In this document: piece after piece, positions 6,317-11,088 of the stretch | How positions within the stretch are numbered: position 1 is the stretch's first letter | Layout: every line of letters starts with the position of its first letter | From: Candidatus Altarchaeum sp. | Lineage (GTDB): Archaea > Altiarchaeota > Altiarchaeia > Altiarchaeales > Altiarchaeaceae | Direction of reading: 5' to 3' | Length of the DNA: 11,088 nt | Assembly: GCA_018260615.1 (NCBI GenBank) | Contig: JAGWDQ010000035.1 | Span: 1 to 11,088 of the forward strand | Position numbers and translations under genes: made by a program | Notes under the pieces: model-generated | The model's database searches: none | What the model saw: only the letters and a program-made list of their open reading frames with translations | What the model was told of the DNA's origin: nothing

Positions 6317-7903
6317 TTACTTTTTCTTTAAATGAAATATTATTTCTGCATAAGCACCTTTGTCTTTTTCGGTGCGATTTAATACTGGTCTTTTGTATTG
6401 GTTTACAATTTGCATTTCTACATTTTCCGCTATTACTGGATATATGTTATATTTGTCGTTTGCTACTAAAAATATATTGTAGTCCTCAACTAAATATTTT
6501 TTGCAATTATTGAGAACATCACTAATTCCCTGAATATAACTTTGTTTTGCTTCCCTGCCCTGCCCCTTAAATAAAGGCCCTATTTCAAGATCGTCTTTTC
6601 GCTCAAAACCAAACAAGTCATAAGCATAAGCGTGTTGTTCGTGGTAGTCAATTAAACCAACATAAGGCGGACTGGAAAATATTCCTTTGATTTTTTGTTT
6701 TGTTGCCAATTCTACAAATGCCTGATTTTTCTTTTCAAGTTCTTTAAAAATATCTGTTGTTCTGCTGTCTCCGGTTAAACAAATCTGAAAAGTATTGGTT
6801 CTTAATTTGTCAAACTCTGCAAGTCGTTTTAGGGTGTCATTGGTGTATGTATCCCACCATTTAAAAATTGAGAAAAGCGGCTTGCATATTTTACCGTGCT
6901 TTGCACAGTAATATGTTGCTGTTATCGGCTCAAGTAATGTCGTAAGATCGGCATGAGTTGTTGCTCTGCAGGAACGGATAGTCCTGCTTAAAATTACACT
7001 GATGATTTTCTTTGTTTCTGCATTATTGATTTTTTTAATTTCACCAAACACAAAGTCCATTTCTTCCCTAACGGGCTGTAAATACCATTTATCAAGAAAT
7101 ATATCTGCCTTGTCTTGACGGAGTTTTATGGAGTATTCTTTTACAAGTTCATAGTAAATAGACAAAAACTCTTTTTCTTTCTCCGCTCCGTATTGCGATT
7201 CGTCAATCTCTCCTCGTTCTAATTTGTATTTATATTCTGGAACCGGAAAATATTTGCCGTTGAAATCGTAAAGTGATCGTAATAGCTTTTCTTCAAATTC
7301 CAGTGTGAAAGAATTAGATAAAAATTCTTTAAATGCCTTTGTTATTCTGTTAATTTCTGTCTGAACATCAGATAAATTATATTTCGAGACCTTGCAATTT
7401 CCAATAAGAGTATTAAATGCAGAAACATCAATACCAATTGCGTGCATTCCAAGTTCACAGGACTGAACCATTGTTGTTCCACTTCCTGAGAATGGATCAA
7501 GAACAATGTCTCCCTTATTGAAATAAATTTCTTTTTTAAATTTGTCAGTATGCTCGTCAAGAAAATACTCTACAAGTTGCGGAATAAATTTACCTTTGTA
7601 TGGATGAAGTCGGTGAACATGCTTTGTTGTTTCTGCCTCTCTGTATTGGTCAAACGATAATGCCCAATTTAAGTCGTTGCCTAACTGGTCTTTCCAGAAA
7701 AGTTCACGGTGTTCTTTGTAGGAGTTGTAGTAATTAATTAGTTCCTGCTTTGAGATCTGTGTCGTTCCATTGACTCCTATCTTTTTAATTCTCCCGTATT
7801 GAATGAGGTATGAAATATTTGAAGTCGTTACCGTTTTTCCCAAATATTCTGTAGCCCAATTGCTGGCTTCTTTTATATTTAATAATTCTTCTGTTTCAAT
7901 CAT
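6317..7903 (-). CDS. DNA methyltransferase, probably N4-cytosine (M.MjaII-like), with N-terminal HTH
   Basis: Motif I DIVLDPFSGSGTT precedes motif IV FSSPPY; SPPY is typical of N4-C enzymes. HPYKGKFIPQL is also family-typical. The N-terminus LLNIKEASNWA..TVTTSNISYLIQYGRI resembles an excisionase/MerR-type HTH. Confidence 0.9.
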   Translation of the reverse strand: MIETEELLNIKEASNWATEYLGKTVTTSNISYLIQYGRIKKIGVNGTTQISKQELINYYNSYKEHRELFWKDQLGNDLNWALSFDQYREAETTKHVHRLHPYKGKFIPQLVEYFLDEHTDKFKKEIYFNKGDIVLDPFSGSGTTMVQSCELGMHAIGIDVSAFNTLIGNCKVSKYNLSDVQTEINRITKAFKEFLSNSFTLEFEEKLLRSLYDFNGKYFPVPEYKYKLERGEIDESQYGAEKEKEFLSIYYELVKEYSIKLRQDKADIFLDKWYLQPVREEMDFVFGEIKKINNAETKKIISVILSRTIRSCRATTHADLTTLLEPITATYYCAKHGKICKPLFSIFKWWDTYTNDTLKRLAEFDKLRTNTFQICLTGDSRTTDIFKELEKKNQAFVELATKQKIKGIFSSPPYVGLIDYHEQHAYAYDLFGFERKDDLEIGPLFKGQGREAKQSYIQGISDVLNNCKKYLVEDYNIFLVANDKYNIYPVIAENVEMQIVNQYKRPVLNRTEKDKGAYAEIIFHLKKK

Positions 7904-7917
7904 TTTAAAATTAACAA

Positions 7918-7946
7918 ATTTTAAAATCTCCGAGCATCAGCGAGGT
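7918..7946 (-). repeat. 29-bp imperfect inverted repeat, left copy (REP-like)
   Basis: The reverse complement of attttaaaatctccgagcatcagcgaggt matches 8202-8230 at 26 of 29 positions. Confidence 0.8.
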
Positions 7947-7975
7947 GATTTTAACAATTACTCTTTATTGTATAA

Positions 7976-8023
7976 ATTTAAAAATCTTTGAACGATTTAA
8001 AAACCCTCAAAGGATTTTTAAAT
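7976..8023. other. Long hairpin upstream of the MTase gene
   Basis: atttaaaaatctttga (7976-7991) pairs with tcaaaggatttttaaat (8007-8023): a 16-bp stem with one bulged G and a 15-nt loop. Confidence 0.7.
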
Positions 8024-8089
8024 ACACGAACGGAGTGAGTGTAAATGAGGTTATTTTTTGTTCTGATTATAAATTGAAATACAAATATA

Positions 8090-8202
8090 TAAATTTAATT
8101 TTGAAAAGAAAATACATACGGGAAATTTTTGAAATTTTGCCAAAAAATAAAGAAATGAAAAAGATATGTGAACATGTAAATTTTTACATATGCGAAAGAT
8201 AA
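8090..8202 (+). pseudogene. 113-bp direct repeat, copy 2: orphan 3' end of the HD gene
   Basis: Encodes NLILKRKYIREIFEILPKNKEMKKICEHVNFYICER* versus NLILKRKYIREIFKILPKNKEMKKICKHINFYISER* in the HD gene. Confidence 0.9.
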
Positions 8203-8230
8203 CCTCGCTGTTGTTCGGATATTTTAAAAT
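8202..8230 (+). repeat. 29-bp imperfect inverted repeat, right copy
   Basis: acctcgctgttgttcggatattttaaaat is the inverted partner of 7918-7946. Confidence 0.8.
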
Positions 8231-8246
8231 CTCCTGATTTTAAAAT
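8221..8246 (-). terminator. Perfect hairpin immediately downstream of the aroC stop; possible terminator or REP-like element
   Basis: attttaaaatc-tcct-gattttaaaat forms an 11-bp stem with a 4-nt loop, 2 nt from the aroC TAG. The function is inferred. Confidence 0.4.
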
Positions 8247-8248
8247 TT

Positions 8249-9355
8249 CTAAAATTTTCCCGGAATTAAATTTGCGAGTATCATTAAATCAACCAAAGTT
8301 ATTGCAACCATACTTTCTGCAACCGGAACCGCCCTTGGAACAATACAGGGATCATGCCTGCCTACAATTTTTAATGTTGTTTCTTCAAAATTTTTAATAT
8401 CAACCGTATTCTGGAGCTTTGATATGGAAGATGTCGGCTTAACAGCAAGTCGTATAACTATTGGCATCCCATCGCTAATTCCACCTAAAATTCCTCCGCA
8501 GTTATTTGTTTTTGTTAAAATTTTTCCATTTTCAACAAAAAATTCATCGTTTGCTTCGCTTCCCTTCATTTTGCTTAATTCAAAACCCTTTCCGATTTCT
8601 ATTCCTTTAACTGCCGGAATGGACATTAAAGAGTATGCAAGTCGCGCACTTAATTTATCATATATTGGTTCACCTGTTCCCGGCGGAACATTTAAAACCA
8701 GAATTTCAATTATTCCTCCAACAGAATCCCCTTCGTTTTTTGCTTTGATTATTGTCTCTCTCATCAGGACGCCACGCTCAGCATCTATACATCTGACATC
8801 ACTTTCCTCAACGAGCTTTCTATACTCATCAATCTTGTTTATATCAAAATTTTTATAATAACTTATTCCCGATTCAATGTTGGCAATTTCCTTCACATAA
8901 GCAAAAATCACGACATTAAATTGAGCTAAAATTTTCTTTGCTATTGCACCCGCCGCAACCCTGCATGCCGTCTCTCTTGCACTGCTTCTTCCCCCGCCCC
9001 TGTAATCTGCAATTCCAAATTTTTCCCTGTATGTGAAGTCGGCATGTCCGGGACGCAGTTTAAATTTCAGTTCATCATAATCGGCAGAGCGAACATCTTT
9101 GTTGCGTATTATCATTGCGATTGGTGTTCCAAGTGTTTTCCCTTCAAAAATTCCCGATAAAATTTCAACATCGTCTTCCTCCTTTCGCTGTGTGGAAATT
9201 TCATTTTGTCCCGGCTTTCGCTTGTCTAATTCATACTGTATTTCTGATTTTGAAATTTCAATTCCCGCAGGACAGCCATCAACAACAACTCCAACTGCTT
9301 TTCCGTGTGATTCTCCGAATGTTGTAATTTTAAAAATTTCGCCGAATGTATTCAT
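8249..9355 (-). CDS. aroC: Chorismate synthase
   Basis: Motifs TFGESHG, RPGHAD, GGGRSSARETA, GGILGGIS and GRHDPCIVPRA. The ATG at 9355 (MNTFG) is preferred over the TTG at 9364. Confidence 0.98.
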   Translation of the reverse strand: MNTFGEIFKITTFGESHGKAVGVVVDGCPAGIEISKSEIQYELDKRKPGQNEISTQRKEEDDVEILSGIFEGKTLGTPIAMIIRNKDVRSADYDELKFKLRPGHADFTYREKFGIADYRGGGRSSARETACRVAAGAIAKKILAQFNVVIFAYVKEIANIESGISYYKNFDINKIDEYRKLVEESDVRCIDAERGVLMRETIIKAKNEGDSVGGIIEILVLNVPPGTGEPIYDKLSARLAYSLMSIPAVKGIEIGKGFELSKMKGSEANDEFFVENGKILTKTNNCGGILGGISDGMPIVIRLAVKPTSSISKLQNTVDIKNFEETTLKIVGRHDPCIVPRAVPVAESMVAITLVDLMILANLIPGKF

Positions 9356-9410
9356 TTTGCACAAATAAATTATGTTTAAAATAAAATATTGGTTTCTAAT
9401 TTATAATATT

Positions 9411-9425
9411 GAAAATTTTATAAAA
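9411..9425 (+). promoter_or_regulatory. Candidate BRE/TATA for nop10 within the divergent aroC/nop10 promoter region
   Basis: gaaaa followed by the palindrome ttttataaaa (9416-9425), about 25 nt upstream of the nop10 ATG, consistent with a leaderless archaeal mRNA. Confidence 0.45.
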
Positions 9426-9442
9426 ATAAAATAACAACAACA

Positions 9443-9616
9443 ATGAAAATTTTTAAATGTCCGTCTTGCGGGAAATATACGATGCGTGAAATTTGTAATA
9501 TCTGTAATGTGCCAACGGCCGAGGCAAAACCCCCGAAATTTTCGCCCGAGGACAAATACGGCAAATATCGGAGAATGGCAAAATTTAATATGGATGTTAA
9601 AGATGTGCCTAAATAA
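9443..9616 (+). CDS. nop10: H/ACA RNP protein Nop10 (57 aa; absent from the ORF track)
   Basis: MKIFKCPSCGKYTMREICNICNVPTAEAKPPKFSPEDKYGKYRRMAK has two CxxC pairs and the signature P.KFSPEDKYGKYR. It lies directly upstream of a PAC2 gene, as is usual in archaea. Confidence 0.96.
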   Translation: MKIFKCPSCGKYTMREICNICNVPTAEAKPPKFSPEDKYGKYRRMAKFNMDVKDVPK

Positions 9617-9671
9617 TAACGGGCAATAAAATTTAGTAATAAAGTTCATAAAATTTAAAATCAAAAATAAA

Positions 9672-10460
9672 ATGGAAGATGTAGTCGTTAGGATAGAAAA
9701 AAAGCTCCCGAAATTAAAGGATGCGATTATGATAGCCGGCTTTCCGGGTATCGGGTTTGTCGGAAAAATATGTGTTGACCAGTTAGTTGAGGATTTAAAG
9801 CCGGTAAAATTTGCAACTGTTTATTCTCCTTTTTTTCCGCCTCAGATTATCGTAAATTTTGACGGAACGGTGAGAGTGCCGCAGAATGAAATTTACTACT
9901 GGAAAAACAAGACGGGAAAACATGACCTCATACTTGCCACAGGGGACTTTCAGGGTGTTACGGGTGACTCGCAGTACAAAATTTCAGAGGCAATAATAGA
10001 AGTGGCAAAGAATGCAAATGTAACCAGAGTATACACATTGGGGGGCCTGGGAACAGGAGCAATTCCGAAAAAGCCGAAAATATTCGGAGCGGCAACAAGT
10101 AAAGCACTTATTGAAGAACTAAAGAAACTGTCTGTTGATTTTAGGCCGGGAGGAGGAATTTTCGGAGCTGCCGGTCTGATAACAGGTATGTGTGTGTTAA
10201 ATAAAATAGACGGAGTGTGCCTGATGGGTGAAACACAGGGGGAGTTTTTGGATGCAAAAGCAAGTGAGGCGGTTTTAAAACTCATATCGCAGATTTTGGA
10301 TATAAAGATAAATTTTGATGCCTTTGGTAAGAAGGTTGCCGAAACAGAAAAAAATATAAACGAAATAAAGAAGATGATTGAAGAACAGAGGAAACAATTT
10401 GAACAGGCAACACAAAAACAGGAATATGCCAATGCTCCGCGATTAGGATACATACAATAA
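9672..10460 (+). CDS. Proteasome assembly chaperone family protein (PAC2)
   Basis: Motifs AGFPGIGFVGKI, YSPFFPPQ, VYTLGGLGTG, FGAAGLI, CLMGETQG and DAKAS; it follows nop10. Confidence 0.93.
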   Translation: MEDVVVRIEKKLPKLKDAIMIAGFPGIGFVGKICVDQLVEDLKPVKFATVYSPFFPPQIIVNFDGTVRVPQNEIYYWKNKTGKHDLILATGDFQGVTGDSQYKISEAIIEVAKNANVTRVYTLGGLGTGAIPKKPKIFGAATSKALIEELKKLSVDFRPGGGIFGAAGLITGMCVLNKIDGVCLMGETQGEFLDAKASEAVLKLISQILDIKINFDAFGKKVAETEKNINEIKKMIEEQRKQFEQATQKQEYANAPRLGYIQ

Positions 10461-10487
10461 ATTTTGAGGGCGGGACTAAATTTTAGA

Positions 10488-10784
10488 ATGGAAATTTCAA
10501 AGATTGGAAAGTCATCAACAGGAATAAAGATAGATATGGGAAATGCAAATTTATTGTTAATCAAGTCGGATAAGGGCTTTATAATGTGCGGTTATTTGGA
10601 TATGGAAACAGCAGAAAGGTTAAATGATGCAGCATGCATTGTCCGAGGCGTTAAAAATTTTGACGATATGTTAAATGCAGGAATTGCTAAAGTTACAACG
10701 AAGGCAAAAGAACTTGGAATAAAAGAGGGGATGTCAGGAAAGGATGCATTAAAAATTTTTGAAGGTGGTGAAGGTAAAGATTAA
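10488..10784 (+). CDS. YunC/DUF1805 family protein
   Basis: LLLIKSDKGFIMCGYLDMETAERLNDAACIVRGVKNFDDMLNA...GIKEGMSGKDAL matches the DUF1805 pattern from memory. The ATG at 10488 is preferred over the TTG at 10464. Confidence 0.85.
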   Translation: MEISKIGKSSTGIKIDMGNANLLLIKSDKGFIMCGYLDMETAERLNDAACIVRGVKNFDDMLNAGIAKVTTKAKELGIKEGMSGKDALKIFEGGEGKD

Positions 10785-10791
10785 AAATTAA

Positions 10792-11088
10792 GGTGGTGTT
10801 TAACTATATCTATATTTAATGATGGAATGGAGATACTATGTAAAAAGTGTGGAAGCAGTGAATGCATAAAACACGGAAAATCTGATAACAAACAAAGATA
10901 TCTTTGTAAGTCGTGCGGATGCAATTTTGTGCTCGGTGATGCAAGAAAAAAGGTTTCTGAAGAGGATAAGGCATTGGCGGTCTCACTATATTTATCAGGA
11001 AAGGCAAGTTGTAGATCTATAACAAAGCTTTTTAACACCGATTTTCGCAAAGTGTTTAAGTATTATAATTACACCCTATTTTTTACTA
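10792..11088 (+). mobile_element. IS1-family insertion sequence, left end; continues past or is interrupted near the window end
   Basis: Begins GGTGGTGTTTAACT, which resembles IS1 GGT-type terminal repeats, 35 nt before an InsA-like ORF. Confidence 0.7.
10827..11088 (+). CDS. IS1-family transposase N-terminus (InsA-like zinc ribbon plus HTH), 3'-truncated; absent from the ORF track
   Basis: MEILCKKCGSSECIKHGKSDNKQRYLCKSCGCNF...KALAVSLYLSGKASCRSITKLF shows CxxC..G..QRYxCxxC followed by an HTH. The frame is open to the window edge. Confidence 0.85.
   Translation, partial: MEILCKKCGSSECIKHGKSDNKQRYLCKSCGCNFVLGDARKKVSEEDKALAVSLYLSGKASCRSITKLFNTDFRKVFKYYNYTLFFT

Noticed and set aside
800-7991. 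Other short ORFs (800-1027, 1027-1245, 2213-2536, 2902-3099, 4360-4578, 5373-5597, 7342-7560, 7803-7991)
   Set aside because: They overlap supported genes or cap fragments, on the opposite strand or in another frame, and show no recognisable features.
7945-8202. 85-aa plus-strand ORF
   Set aside because: It is a chance fusion of hairpin-rich intergenic DNA to the duplicated HD tail, with a weak start; annotated as a repeat/pseudogene instead.
8424-9664. ORFs 8424-8858, 9099-9368, 9115-9327 and 9401-9664
   Set aside because: They are antisense to aroC or nop10, which are much better supported.
5393-10060. Avoidance of the presumed GGNCC site
   Set aside because: Sites are present (ggtcc near 5511, ggccc near 6576, gggcc near 10043), and the window is too small to test depletion.
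9950-11050. Minus-strand ORFs 9950-10564, 10781-11050 and 10816-11007
   Set aside because: They are antisense to the PAC2, DUF1805 and IS1 ORFs and show no motifs.
1-11088. Complete diversity-generating retroelement, tRNA or rRNA genes
   Set aside because: No reverse transcriptase, non-coding template repeat, cloverleaf or rRNA-like sequence was seen.

Overview
AT-rich archaeal window. Nop10, a PAC2-family proteasome chaperone and a COG1672-type ATPase point to archaea; Altiarchaeota-like is only a guess from composition and the TPR expansion. The left ~8.2 kb is an accessory, defence-like island: a 5'-truncated gene built of near-identical 102-bp TPR units, two orphan TPR C-terminal caps, an archaeal AAA ATPase with a PD-(D/E)XK tail (DUF234-like), a TIR-TPR protein, an HD phosphohydrolase, and a Type II R-M pair (TdeIII/MjaII-like endonuclease plus an SPPY N4-C methyltransferase with an N-terminal HTH). 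The island is structured by direct repeats. An identical 42-bp leader sits in front of both the ATPase and the HD gene (offset 3092 bp). A 113-bp copy of the HD 3' end flanks the R-M module (offset 3097 bp). REP-like palindromes and a 40-bp tandem repeat lie around the R-M genes. The right part is housekeeping (aroC, nop10, PAC2, DUF1805) and ends in an IS1-family left end. The most interesting signals are the TIR-TPR/ATPase-nuclease/HD cluster and the recurring displaced gene 3' ends. All functional claims are homology-by-eye or inference; no searches were run.
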